DNA of 64,000 nucleotides. It comes from Paraspadella gotoi. Taxonomy: Eukaryota > Animalia > Chaetognatha. Made by a program: the position numbers and the translations under genes. Location: contig CM119264.1 in assembly GCA_051294375.1 (NCBI GenBank), positions 619,173 through 683,172 on the forward strand. The letters run 5' to 3'. This document shows, one piece after another, positions 49,335 through 62,690 of the stretch. Each line of letters opens with the position of its first letter. Within the stretch, counting starts at the first letter, position 1. Below the pieces are notes generated by a model. It saw nothing but the letters and a program-made list of their open reading frames with translations, was not told the DNA's origin and made no database searches.

Positions 49335-49510
49335 TCAATCCCTATTCAATCCCCAACTGATCCCCTTTTTAAGCCCTAATCCATCCCCAACTGATTTCCT
49401 TTTTAATCCTCATTCAATCCCCCCTGATCCCCTTCTTAATCCCTATTCAATCCCCAACTGATCCCCTTTTTAATCCCTATTCAATCCCCACCTGTTCCCT
49501 TTTTTAATCT
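49335..49510. repeat. About 34-bp minisatellite
   Basis: aatccctattcaatccccaactgatccccttttt repeated about 5 times. Confidence 0.8.
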
Positions 49511-49849
49511 CCATTAATTCTCTCGATATTAACATCTCGAACCCAAATTAATTTCCTCCCAAGTTTTTCTCTTTTGAGGTTAAGTTAAGTAAATCTTGAC
49601 TTACCCTTGGTCAGGTCATTGTCAAATCACATTTATCTTTCTTTCTCTTGCCCCAAGATCACACGCGAAGTAACTCTTTAAGTCGCTTCCAACTTTCCCC
49701 GTTCCGTGTTTCATGTACATTTTCTCATTTCCCAGAATTGCGATGGTTGCATCACTAAAAGTCGATGGGCTCGTGACGTGATGAGTGAAAAGGAGAGNNN
49801 NNNNNNNNNNNNNNNNNNNNNNGAAGTGATGAGATGGTTCGTTAACCCC

Positions 49850-49864
49850 TATGAACAGAGAAAT

Positions 49865-49898
<34 letters not shown>

Positions 49899-50239
49899 GA
49901 GAGAGAGAGAGAGAGAGGAAGAGAGAGAGAGAGAGAGAGATGACAGACTGAGCAAAATCTCCCGAGGGACAGAGACAAGAGGAAGAGAAATGGAATGATA
50001 ATCGAAATTTGCGGGCGTCGTCGTCGTCGTCGTCGTCGTCGTTTAAAAAATCTATGAAGGAGACGAAATAATAGTTATTAAAACCGATGACGACGACGAG
50101 CGACGACGCACGACGACGACGACGAATTTTTTCCCGGTTTCGACTCAATTCAATTTGGTTAAATTCAAAATTCGACGCCAGTAAAATTGCTTGTTGGCAA
50201 AACTTACCCCTCATAAGGACACTCGTGCTCATTTACCGT

Positions 50240-50294
<55 letters not shown>

Positions 50295-50905
50295 TAGTTA
50301 GAGAAGAGAGAAGAGAGAAGAGAGAAAAAGTAGAGATGCTTTTTTTGGATTTTCGGGTCTCGGGTTACAAATTAGTTTAAAATGGTTAAAGTAATTACTA
50401 CTATATTTTCAGGCCAAAAAAGATTGTTAAGACAATATAATAAAAAAATATATATCTTTCGGCAAATAAAAGTATCAATTTCATTTCAATTTCTTGTCAA
50501 AAACGATATAAAATTTTTTCGACCGAAAAAGTCAAAAAGTTTTGAAGATTTAACTCTCGGGTTAATTAAAAAAGGAGACCTCTCTCTCTCTCTTCTCTCC
50601 TCTCTCTCTCTCTCTCCTCTCTCTTTAGAGAGAGAGAGGTCTCCTTTTTTAATTAACCCGAGAGTTAAAATCTTTCAAAACTTTTGACTTTTTCGGTCGA
50701 AACAAATTTTATATTCGTTTTTGACAAGAATGAAATGAAATTGATACTTTTATTTGCCGAAAGATATATATTTTTTTATTATATTGTCTTAACAATCTTT
50801 TTTGCCTGAAATATAGTAGTATTACTTTAACCATTTTAAAACTAATTTGTAACCCGAGACCGAAAATCCAAAAAAAGCATCTCTATCTTCTTTTCTCTCT
50901 CTCTC

Positions 50906-50975
<70 letters not shown>

Positions 50976-51250
50976 ACGGGTAAATGAGCCACGAGAGTTC
51001 CTTATGAGGGTAAGTTTTGCCAAAGCATTTTTGACTGGCGTCGAATTTTGAATTTAACCAAATTGATTTTGAGTCGAAAACCGGGGAAAAAATTCGTCGT
51101 CGTCGTCGTCATGGTTTTAATAACTATTATTTCGTTCCTTCATAATTTTTAACGACGACGACGACGACGACGACGACGCCCGCAAATTTTCGATTTCATT
51201 CCATTTCTCTTCCTCTTTGTCTCTGTCCCTCGGGAGATTTTGCTCAGTCT

Positions 51251-51343
<93 letters not shown>

Positions 51344-51357
51344 ATTTCTTGTTCATA
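49850..51357. repeat. Large palindrome, arms about 740 bp, centred on (TC)n/(GA)n at ~50610
   Basis: aaaggagacc-(tc)n...(ga)n-ggtctccttt at the centre; arms differ mostly by 1-bp indels and microsatellite length; left arm abuts a 25-N gap. Confidence 0.9.
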
Positions 51358-53609
51358 CTTCAACGAATATCTCATCACTTCTATTTTTCTTCTTTATTTT
51401 GGGAAAAAATGAAAGAAAAAATTTCTTTTTATGGGAAAATTATTTTAAATTTTTTTTCCTTCCGCTATTCGTATCTCGTGTGGGCGAGCCATAGTGCCGT
51501 ACATAGTTTAGTATGGTCTTCGAGGAAAGAGTTATTGCGATAAAGGCATTATAAGGTTTTTCACTTGGCGGGAGTAAAATATTTTATTTGTGAATAAAAG
51601 GAGAAGAAAGGAAACTTTGTTACAGGAAAAGAGTTTGTTTATAACCAAAGATTACTGACTTCGTAGTTGGGCATAGTAGTATAGGGTGGCATTGCGAAAA
51701 GTTCGCCCCCCCCATAAGTAGGGCCCATCTATGTCAATGGGGTCAGAAATGGGGTCAGACATTAGATTTGGGAACCTTCCCAAATTAAACATCATAAATT
51801 TCTGAGAAAACTTTCAATGAACCATGATTAAAAAGTTCAATTTCATAATGGAGTGCAGTGAAAAAAACGAAATTTATAAATTTTCCATATATTTCGACAT
51901 AAGTTTCTATGTCATCTTCAGTGGAAGAAAAAGAATTAACAAACAAAACTTTTACAAAGTAAGAAAGAGAGAAATAAAGAGAGAGAGACACAATAACAAT
52001 GAACCAATTTTTTTTAAAAATGACTAGAAGCACTAGTAATTCTTTTTTTAATATTTATTTATAGATAGGAAATGTTAATTTTTTGATATTTTTGAAGCAG
52101 ATTCAGAGAGCTTATGAAAAGTTGCGTGCACAAAGTATAGTTCTTTTTTCAAATTGGAAAAACCTTAAAAAATTATCATCATCATCATCATCATCCGATG
52201 ATTTTAACAGTTTTTGCTAATTTTCATTATTAAAACATAAAAATTTCTAAAAGTTGAAATTACATTTTTTGATCAACTTTTTTAAGCTCTATCAGAATCA
52301 ATTAAATAAATTTAAAATATAAAATGAAAATTTGACATTATATAACAATATAGTAATTTTAATTAGCGAATGGTTAAGAACATATTTGCAAAAACATATT
52401 TTATAAAAATAAAAAAATATCAATAATTAACGATCGTTTCATTGCTGTTCCAGTATAATTCGGAATTGGTCGGCTACCTCTACTATAAGCATGACAACTT
52501 TGGTTGTGACCCGGTGGAACATTTAGTAATACATTCATCTCATAACGCCATTTAATATGAACGCCATTTCTTATTGCGCCATTTTATCTCAACGCCATTT
52601 CTTATTGCGCCATTTAATATCAACGTCATATCTTAATGCGCCATTTCTTATTGCGCCATTTAATATTAACGCCATTTCGTCTTCNNNNNNNNNNNNNNNN
52701 NNNNNNNCTTCGTCGTCGTTGTCATCGTCGTCGCCATTATGGACTTGTTAATGTTACAACTGTTTCTCAAGCATCAGCCATAACGCTTACCTTCCTTCCG
52801 TCTCTTCTCTCTCTCTTCTCTCTCTCTCTCTCCCTCTCTCTCTCTCTCTCGCTCTGCCCTCCCCTCTCTCTCTCTCTCTCCCTCTAACGGCCGCAAAAGC
52901 TCCTCAGATCCTCTGTTTTTAATTACCCGGTCGCTCGACCGACGAGTCCCATCCGTTTCATTTTGGCCGATGATTTTGACGACGAAATTGTGGTGACGAA
53001 GGTCGCGAGTTCTCATCCATCACATAACTCTTCAACTTTTAAACTTGAATGTTCCAAAACCAAACGGGAAAATCGTCTTATCTAAAAGTTTTAGAATCAT
53101 GGAATTATGGAATTATAGAATCATGCCATTCATTTTATATTTCAATAACCTTATAATTATTGTTTAGGGATCTGGGGCAATCCTTTTATCCCTCCTGATA
53201 TCCAGTATAATTTTTTAAAATTTTTAATCTACTACAAGAAATGCAAAAAAAAATAATAAAAAAATTATCCAAATCTGTTAGATTTTTTTACATTCAACTT
53301 TGTGGCAGAGTATTTTATTTTAAAAAATCACAGTTCTTAAATGGATGGCCCGATTTTAATGAAATTTATGCCAAACTTATCATCTTTCAATAAACTTCTT
53401 TTTTTTATTTAAAAAATTCTAGTATATAGGGTGATTTTTTAAAGTCGGAAATGAAGTGGCGCGACATTTACATGACAAATTAGCCACTAACTAATAAAAG
53501 TCATTCTACGCTGGTTAAACATGGAAATAATGCCACAATAACCAAATAAACTCCGCAGGTCTCTAATGCTTTCCCATGGGTTGAATCCCAATATTTATTT
53601 TGATACTAT

Positions 53610-53806
53610 AGCAAAGGGGGGACATGTCTGGGATGTGAGGCATCTCCCGACAGATGGCGCTCAGAGCTTTGAACCTGCAGTGACAACACCATGTCACTAG
53701 CGTGTTTATGCCGACACCAATACACTTTAACCAGCGTGAGGGGATTGAACCCGGAACTCACGGTTGGTGAACGAATAATTACCTGACCAAGCCAATGTGA
53801 CGAGCT
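53610..53806 (-). mobile_element. tRNA-derived SINE
   Basis: Minus strand A-box-like tggcttggtcagg and B-box ggttcaatccc at tRNA-like spacing, followed by a non-tRNA body. Confidence 0.55.
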
Positions 53807-54227
53807 GAGTTTTACCAAGCTATACGGGAGGCAAATTTAGGATTCGCCACATTACCATCATTAATAGTAACATTAATTTTGATTCCATCTGAAATGGTCT
53901 CGAGCCTAAAAAAGATTTTACTTCACTGCCATATAGTAGTAGAGAGACACAATTCGTATAAAACCATTTCATTAGTACTTTTTCTCATGGTTTATACAAA
54001 GCATTTATTAAACAATCACAAGATAAAGATAAAGATGAGAGTTCCTTGCAAGGATCAAACAAGTTCATTTATTAATGAGTTCTATAAAGTTACTGTTTAG
54101 AAAAAGAACGTCGATGCCTTTGTCAGGTTTTCCAAAAAAATACAAATAAAATACAAAATGCCAAATACATCCATTACGTTATGCTGCTCTCTCTATTTAT
54201 TTCGTGTCTACTTACTTCCCCCCCCCC

Positions 54228-54261
<34 letters not shown>

Positions 54262-55214
54262 GACATCGTTTGATGAAATTTGTATGAATTCCCGAAAGGA
54301 CGTCGAAAGCAGAAATAAGAGAAAAATATATTCATGGATGACTTATAAGGCGACAGGGAGACGGAATTACAAACTTATATACAGACTTGTAAACGTACAG
54401 ACCATCAGGCGGAATGAATAGCGAGCTGGCCGACAGGCCGAAAGAAGAACCAACAGGCCAACTGACAAACTGACAGGCAGACCCATGGGCAAACCAACAG
54501 GCCAACTGACAAACTGACAGGCAGATCAAAAGACAAACCAGCAGACAAACCAATAAACTGGCAGGCAGGCTAAAAGGCAAACCAATGGCCAGCCGACAAA
54601 CTGGCAGGCAGGCCAAAATGCAAACCAACAGGCGAATGGACAAACTGGCTGGCAGGCTGATAGGCAAACCATCAGGCGGACCGAAAAAATAAACGACCGA
54701 CAGACATAATTACCAAGTTTGATCATTACAAAAATTAATAATCTAATTTGAAATTTGTAGTATCTGCATTGAAGTCATTTTGTTCAAGATATTTAACATC
54801 TTCATTATTTACCGTTTACCTTTCTTCTAATAATTTTAAGTTTTAACTATCTTACTTTTCCTATATACAGGTCGTTTAGGACAATTTCTAGTTTTTTAGA
54901 ATTAAAAGTAAAGTTCCCGATTTTAAAAGTTATTACTTGTTAGGTTAATGACTTGTTTATAACAAAACTCGTTTGACATCGAAAATTATGTGATGTGAAC
55001 TCTTGAAATGTCTTCGAACTACGAAACTTTAAAAGCCTCTCACAAAAATGATATTAAAAGGAAAAAAGGAACAATGACAGAACGAGTACATGATGACATG
55101 CCATGATGACAGAACCAGGTCATGATGAGATGTCATGATGACAGAACGAGGACATATCATGATGACAGAGGGAAGACAATTAAAAGAGAAAAATTAAAAA
55201 TAGAATTGAACGAA

Positions 55215-55252
<38 letters not shown>

Positions 55253-55299
55253 NNNNNNNNNNNNNNNNNNNNNNNNNCCCCCCCCCCCACAGAGGGAGA

Positions 55300-55976
55300 T
55301 CTTTTCTTTTTACTTCTTTTCTTTTACTTTTTTTTTCTATTTTCCTTTTACTTATCTTTTTCTCTTTTCTTTTACTTTTCTTTTTTCTCTTCTTTTACTT
55401 TCTTTTTCTCTTTTACTTACTTCTCTATTTCTCTTTTCTTTTTACCTTATATTTTTCGCTAAAAAATTTAAGTAAAATTCTTAGAAAAAGTTAAATATTT
55501 ATTTAATTAATGTTTAAATATTTTTCTTCCAAAATTCTGCTTTTTTTCACGCTGAAAACGAATCTCTTTTTTTTTTCTTTTCACACATTTCGATCTCAGT
55601 TGTTCACAGTGATTTGAGTTGTTAATCACGTGACTTTTTTTGTTTGTGTCGTCCTTATTCATAATTGAACTTCGTCGTCGTGCGTCGTCGGTCGTCGTCG
55701 TAGTCGTCGTCGTCGTCTCGTTTGATTCAGTCCTCTTTATGTTGTTCCTTTTTTTTCTAATTGATTTTCTTTTTTAAACTCTGCTCTCCTCTCTCTTCTC
55801 TCTCTCTCTCTATTTTTTTCCTATTTTTTTTGCTGTTTTGTAAATCCAGGCAATTGCAATCTGTTTGTGCATCATTGAATCCGAGTTAACGGTCCTAAAA
55901 AAAATTCCATCCCAAATGAGAGAGAGACAGAAGAGAGAGAGAGAGAAAGAGAAACAGAGAGAAAAAGTAATGGAAA

Positions 55977-56011
<35 letters not shown>

Positions 56012-56162
56012 GAGTAGAGAGAGAGAGAGTCTCTCTCTCTCTCTCTCTGTCTCTCTCTCATTTTGGATGGAATTTTTTTTAGGACCGTTAACTCGGATTC
56101 AATGATGCAAACAGATTTGCAATTCCTGGATTTACAAAACGCGAAAAAAATAGGAAAAAAAT

Positions 56163-56194
<32 letters not shown>

Positions 56195-56254
56195 TTTTAA
56201 AAAAAGAAAATCAAATGAGAAAAAAAGGAACAACATAAAGAGACTGAATCAAGA

Positions 56255-56291
<37 letters not shown>

Positions 56292-56700
56292 ATTCAATTT
56301 AATAAGGACGAACACAAACAAAAAAAGTCACGTGATCAACTCAATCACGTGAACAACTGAGATCGAAATGTGTGAAAGAAAAAAAAAGAGATTTCGTTTT
56401 CAGGTGAAAAAAAGCAGAATTTTGAAGAAAAAAATTAACATAATTAAATAAATATTTAACTTTTTCTAAGCAATTTTTTACTTAAATTTTTTAGAAAAAT
56501 ATAAGTAAAAGAAAAGAGAAATAGATAAGTAAAGTAAAAGAGAAAAAGATAAGTAAAAGAAAAGAGAAAAAGAAAAGTAAAAGAAAAGAGAAAAAGATAA
56601 GTAAAAGAAAAGAGAAAAAGATAAGTAAAAGAAAATAGAAAAAGAAAAGTAAAAGAAAAGAGAAAAAGAAAAGTAAAAGAAAAGAGAAAAAGATACGTAA
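55300..56700. repeat. Large palindrome centred on (GA)n|(TC)n at ~56030
   Basis: ccgagttaacggtcctaaaaaaa (55881) vs tttttttaggaccgttaactcgg (56074); left arm abuts a 25-N gap. Confidence 0.9.
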
Positions 56701-57010
56701 AAGAAAAGAGAAAAAGATAAGAAAAGAAGAAGAGAAAAAGGTAAGTAAAAGAAAAGAGAAAAAGAAAAGTAAAAGAAAAGAGAAAAAGATATGTAAAAGA
56801 AAAGAGAAAAAGATAAGAAAAGAAGAAGAGAAAAAGGTAAGTAAAAGAAAAGAGAAAAAAAGTAAAAGAAAAGAGAAAAAGAAAAGAGAAAAAGAAAAGA
56901 AAGGAAGGACGCGGAAAAAGGAAAATCGCTGGGGAGAAATCAGAGAGGAAGAAGTTGGGACTAAAGGGAAACCGTGTAGAAAGACTAAAGCAAACAAATC
57001 AGTCAACAAT

Positions 57011-57069
<59 letters not shown>

Positions 57070-58217
57070 AGATAAAGAGGGAAGGATAGAGAGAGGGAGA
57101 GTGAGAGAGAAAGAGAGGGAGTTGAAGAGAGAAGGATTTAAGAAAAAAGACACTAAGATAAGGGAGAAAGAGTGAGAGAGAGAGGAAGAGAGAGTGCGTT
57201 ATTGAGGGAGAGAGAAAGAAATAGGGAGAGAAGGGAACAGAGAGAAGAGAGAGAGAAAAAAAAAAGAATGAGAGAGAAATTAGGGGGAAAATTGACCTTC
57301 AACTTGACACATAAAGCCCAAAATAAAGCCCAAAATAAAGCCCAAGATAAAGCCCAAGATAGAGTGACCAAGATCATATGGAAAACTCCATGAAATTAGT
57401 TCAATACATATTGTTTTATTAACTTTATAAATTTGCTAAAGACTGAAAGCAATTTTGAAGCAAAAAAAAAGAAAGTTATGGGAAAATCATTTTTCAATCA
57501 ATTCATTAAACCATTAGGCAACAATAAAAAGAGAGTGGGAGATGTCGAGAGAGAGAGAGATTGAAATATTGAAAGAGAAGGAGAGAGAGATTGAGAGATG
57601 CTAGAGATAGCACCATCCTTCTCTCTTTCAGATTATCTAGAGTTTCCCAGAATATCATTATAGGAAAATGGTGTTGGAGAGGGAGTGGAAAGGAGAGAGA
57701 GAGAGAGGAGAGAGAGAGAGGAGAGAGAGAGAGAAGAGAGAGAGAGAAGAGAGAGAGTTTTCCACGGATGGGTGAGAATCCGGTCACGCGGTGGGTGAAA
57801 ATATTTTACAACCACAAATGTGGCCACTGAACCGAGAGAGGCAGCGGGGGAGGAAATGAAGGAAGGAAGAGAGAAAGGGGAAAAGGGAGAAGGGAGGAAA
57901 GAGATAAGAGGAATAGGGGAAGGAAAGGTGAAAAGAGAGAGAGGGGGAGAGGGAGAAGGTAGGAAAGAGATAAGAGGAGGAGGGGGAGGAAAGGTGGATA
58001 TAGAGAGAGAGGAAGAGGGAGAAGGGAGGAAAGAGATAAGAGGAAGAGGGGGAGGAAAAGAGGAAAGAGAAGCGAAAAATTGAGATGAGCACTTGGGAAA
58101 GAATTGAATGCGAGTTAGAGGATATGATAGAGAGCGAGAGACAAAAATTAAGAGGAGACGATTAATTAAGCGGGGTAAAGTAAGAGAAGAGAGAGAGAGA
58201 GATAGAGAGAGGAGAGA

Positions 58218-58251
<34 letters not shown>

Positions 58252-58902
58252 AGAGAGAGAGAGAAGGTGGAAGAGAAGGTTAGGATGGACGAACACAAAG
58301 CAAAATTAAGGAGAAGAGAAAAAAATAAGAAACAAAACAAAAAAAGGAAAAAAGAAAAGACAATTAGGAAAGAAAATCAAAAAAGAAAAGAAGAAAAAGA
58401 GAAAAGAAAAGCTGGAAAGAAAAGGAGGAAAGAAAATCAAAAAAGAAAAGAAGAAAAAGAGGAAAGAAAAGCTGGAAAGAAAAGGAGGAAAGAAAAGAAA
58501 AAAAGAAAAGGAGGAAAGAAAAGCAGGAAAGAAAGGGAAGAAAAAAAAGAAATAAGAAAAGAAGAAAAGGAGAAAACAAAAGGAGGAAATAAAAGGAAAT
58601 AAGAAAAGAAGAAAAGGAGAAAAGAAAAGGAGGAAAGAAAAGGAAATAGGAAAAGAAGAAAAGGAGAAAAGAAAAGGAGATAAGAAAAGAGGAAAGAAAA
58701 GAAAAAAGTAAAAAAATTAAAAAAGAAGGAAAGAAAATGAAAAAAGAAAACAATAAAATGAGGAAAAAAAATAAAAGAAAAAAAAAAGAATAAAAGGAGA
58801 AAAGAAGAGGAGAAAGAGGATGGAACCGATGGTGATGTTGATGTTTAAAGACGAAAATAGAAACGAGAAGATAAGAAAAATGAAATTGAAAAGAAAAAAA
58901 TA

Positions 58903-58961
<59 letters not shown>

Positions 58962-59135
58962 TTAGTTATACGCTCAACCTTAGTCCGCTCGATCGGTCAG
59001 TCTGTCGACCTCGGTTGTCGTCGTCTCAGTCGGTCTCTGGCTTTCTCTTCAATCACAGTCAACTCATGATTATTTTTCCTGCAATCATTGCTATTTAAAA
59101 AAAAAACATAATTAGATATGATGAACATTTTTTTT

Positions 59136-59985
59136 AGACTCTATAATTCACTTTGTCGGTCCGTCGGTCCGCCCCCTCAATCTTGTTGAGCATTCACTTA
59201 TATCATGTCAGAACATCGAATTATGATAAATTATGCAAAAAAATGATGTCCGTCCATCCGTCTATCTGTCCGTCCGTCCGTCCCATCTTAGCAAAAAACA
59301 CCAATTACTCGTCATTGGATGGATGGATTGGAATAAACATTTGTGTGTGGGTAGGGAAGTGTGTGATTTAGCTGGATATGAAATTTCGATGGAATCGTCC
59401 GAGTGGAAATGAATTTAAATTGAAAAAAACAAAAATATGTATTTCACTATTTGAACACCAATTACTCATGAGTGGATATGGCGATTGATCTGAAATTTTG
59501 TATGTGGGTAGGGAAATGTGTGATTATGTTGGAAATCAAGTTTCGATGGAATCGTCTGAGTGGAAATGAGTTTAAATGGAAAAAACAAAAAACCTTTTTC
59601 ACTCATTGATTAAGCTTCATTTTCTTTTTATATTAAATGTAAATGCAAGATGTATTAATTAATCAAATAATTAATCAGTTAATTAATTAGTTAGTCAATT
59701 AATCATTCAATTAATTATTCAATCAATCAATTTATTTATCTATTAATTAATCAATTATTTCAATTAATCAATTAATTCAATCAATCAATCAAGTCAATCG
59801 TTATCGGCATTATTTTCATCGTCGTCATTGCTTTTGTCGTGGTTACTAACAAAAAGACCTAAAAACAAACATTTCGGATCAAATTAATTAATTGCTTAAT
59901 TAAATAATTAACTTGAATTAATAAATTATTAATTAAATAATTACCGATAATGATCGTGGGCAGATCCGATATTGTTTGTTCAGAT
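59136..59985 (+). mobile_element. Near full-length HINE-like element (about 850 bp)
   Basis: Collinear with 2503-2948 and 13979-14420; short GTCC tract, internal ~185-bp duplication, AT-rich block, 3' gcagatccga. Confidence 0.8.
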
Positions 59986-61273
59986 TTTTTTTAAATGAGC
60001 AACTGATAGGATAATACTTTTTGTGTGAGTAAATATATTTTCTTTTCTCTTCTCTTTCATTATCTTTTTTTTCTTTTCTCTTTCACTATCTTCTTTTTTC
60101 TTTTCTCTTCTCTTTCATTATCTTCTTTTTTATTTTCTCTTCTCTTTTCTTTCTTTCTCTCTTCTTTTCTCTCTTTATTTCATTCTCTTCTCTTTTCTTT
60201 TTTCTCTCTTTCATTCTTTTTTCTTTCTTTTCTCTCTTTTTCATTATTTTCTTTTTTCTTTTCTCTTCTTTTTCATTATCTTGTTTTTTTTTCTCTTCTT
60301 TTTTCTTTCTTTCTCTGTTTTTTTTTCTCTCTTTTGTTCTTTTCTCTTTTCTTTTCTCTCTCTTTCATTATCTTTTTTTTTCTTTTCTTTTCTATTTTAT
60401 CATCTTCTTTTTTCTTTTCTCTTCTCTTTTTTTTCTTCTTCTCATTCTCTTCTCTTTTCTTTTCTCTTTTCTTTTTTCTTATTCTTTTTTCTATTCTCTT
60501 TTCTTTTCTTCTCTTTTTTCTTTATTCTCTCCTCACCGCCCAGCGTATTCCAATCTCGCACGAAACGGATTTCCTCGTTAAAAGCGAATCTCGTAATCTC
60601 GACGTCCTTCTTCTCGCTGGAACGAGATTATGATTAGGGAAAAGAGGATCGGAAAAAAAGGAGGAAAAGAAAATTAAAGAAAAAAGAAATGAAAAAAGGA
60701 GTAAAGCAAAAGAAAAGGAAAGAAAAAGAGAGGAAAGCATATAAGGAGAAAGAAAAAAGAAAGGAAAGAAAAAAGAAGGAAAGGAAAATAAAAGAAAAGA
60801 AAAATAGAGAAAAATAAAAAAGGAAAAAGTAAAATAAAAGGAAAGAAAAAAGGAGGAAAGAAAAAAAGGAGAAAAGGAAAAGAAAAGGAAAGAAAAAATG
60901 AGGAAAGCAAAAAAGGAGAAAGGAAAAGAAAAGGATAGGAAAAGAAGAGGAAAGAAAAAAGGAGGAAAGAAAATTAAAAAGAAAAAAAGGAGGAATAGAA
61001 ATTAAAAAGAAAAGAAAAGAAAAGGAAAAAAAAGGAAAAAAAGGAAAAAATATAAAGAAAGAAAAAAGATAGAAAAAGAAAGAAAAAAGACACAAATGCT
61101 GTATAGAAAATAAAGAAATTGATAAAAGAGTAAAAATTAAAAAATAATAAAAATTAAAAAAAGAGAAAAACCGATCGTAACTGAAACGCGAATATTCATG
61201 CGGCTAACGACCCCCGCCAGAGGATGCAAATTAAAATCTCTCTCTCTCTCTGACTTCTCTTCTTCTCTCTCTC

Positions 61274-61346
<73 letters not shown>

Positions 61347-61430
61347 ATGCTAATAACAAACCTTCTCGATTTAATCGTTATTAATTAATTCCGTAAATAT
61401 ATATTTTTTTTAATTCCGCAGAAAAAAAAA

Positions 61431-61442
61431 CAAGATGGCGGC
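61431..61442 (+). promoter_or_regulatory. YY1/Pho-type motif in a CpG-rich putative promoter or 5' UTR
   Basis: caagatggcggc, the YY1 consensus, ~600 bp upstream of the 62041 exon candidate; similar motifs at 9798-9808 and 42076-42086. Confidence 0.4.
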
Positions 61443-61614
61443 TGCCGAAGACGCATCTTTTTCTCACACAGCAAAAACTCTTTAACCTCGAAAAAAAGGG
61501 AAAAAAAAGGAAAAAATAAAAACAAAAATAAGGAAGAAAAAAAAACGATATTGGAATAAATAACCCGATAAATCCGACGTTTGCTAACAAGTGCGGCAAA
61601 GGGAAAAGACGACC

Positions 61615-61656
<42 letters not shown>

Positions 61657-61826
61657 CAACGGGAGTCAAGGCAGCGAAGATTCAACGTCGACACAGATTT
61701 CATTTTCTGCCTCGAAAAAAATAAAATCGAAAAATTTAAAAATAATAAAAAATTTTAGAAAAAATAAATAAAAGATAAAACTAACAAACAAAAAAAGATG
61801 CGATTTGTTCAGAAGATGACGACGGG

Positions 61827-61858
<32 letters not shown>

Positions 61859-62040
61859 AAGTGGAATTTTTGTTAAACGAGCGAGCGAACGAATCGAACG
61901 AACTAATGAATGAGACGAACGAAACGAACGAACTAATGAATGAGTCGAAGGAATATTTAAAATCCTCAACGTCGGTTTTGTCGGTTTTGTCGGCTTCATT
62001 GTCGGCTTCCTTGTCGGCGCCGACGAGTTTATTGTCGGTC

Positions 62041-62453
62041 ATGAAGTCGTCGTCCGATTGTAGGCTCACCTCTTCCTCCTCCTCCTCCTCCTCCTCCTCT
62101 TCCTCCCTCTCTCCTCTTCCCTCTCCTTCTCCATTTTCCTCCCCAACCATCTCTCCCTCTATCGGCACCGAAATTCTTTATCGTCATCGTCATCATCATC
62201 ATCGTCGTCGTCGTCGTCGTCGTCTATTTTTTTCAAAGAATCTCTCTCTTCCGCCCTCTACCGTTCGAGATTCATCCGGTCGCCATCGCCGCAGCTGCCC
62301 TCCGCTGCTCTGCCGCCCTTACCTCGTCCTCCTCGCAGCCGCTCTCCTGCTGCAGCCGACGTCGTGGAGGGAGGATTGTTCCTCCTCCCCCTGCGCCTCT
62401 TTTGTGGGCGTGGCCTTGGCGCAAGAGACGTCATCGGAATCCACGACGCCAGG
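62041..62453 (+). CDS. Candidate first coding exon of a secreted or membrane protein
   Basis: GC-rich open frame from ATG 62041 (in frame with ORF from 61798): poly-Ser, His/Arg run, hydrophobic PYLVLLAAALLL, cleavage-like VALA|QETSSESTTP, ending at donor GG|gtgaga immediately before the ORF stop. Confidence 0.5.
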
Positions 62454-62499
62454 GTGAGATAGATGATTGTGATGTTGTTGAGGAAGAAAGAAAGGTAAG

Positions 62500-62690
62500 A
62501 AAGATGATGTTAATGGTGTTGAGGAGGATGATGTTTATGTTGGTGAGGAAGATGACATTGATGTTGTTGAGGAGGATGATGTTGATGTTGTTGAGGAGGA
62601 AGATGTTGAGGTTTTTGAGGAAGATAATGTTGATGTTGTTGAGAAAGAGATTGATGTTGTTAAGGAAGATGATATTGATGTTATTGAGAA
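62500..62690. repeat. 21-bp degenerate minisatellite (gatgttgttgaggaggatgat)
   Basis: About 9 units directly after the 62453 donor. Confidence 0.75.

Noticed and set aside
50580-50640. Retained SMRTbell adapter at palindrome centre
   Set aside because: The centre is plain TC/GA repeat; the adapter loop sequence is not present.
61809-62168. Acidic minus-strand ORF (poly-Glu, poly-Asp)
   Set aside because: Antisense reading of the same trinucleotide repeats; the plus frame has the hydrophobic segment and donor.
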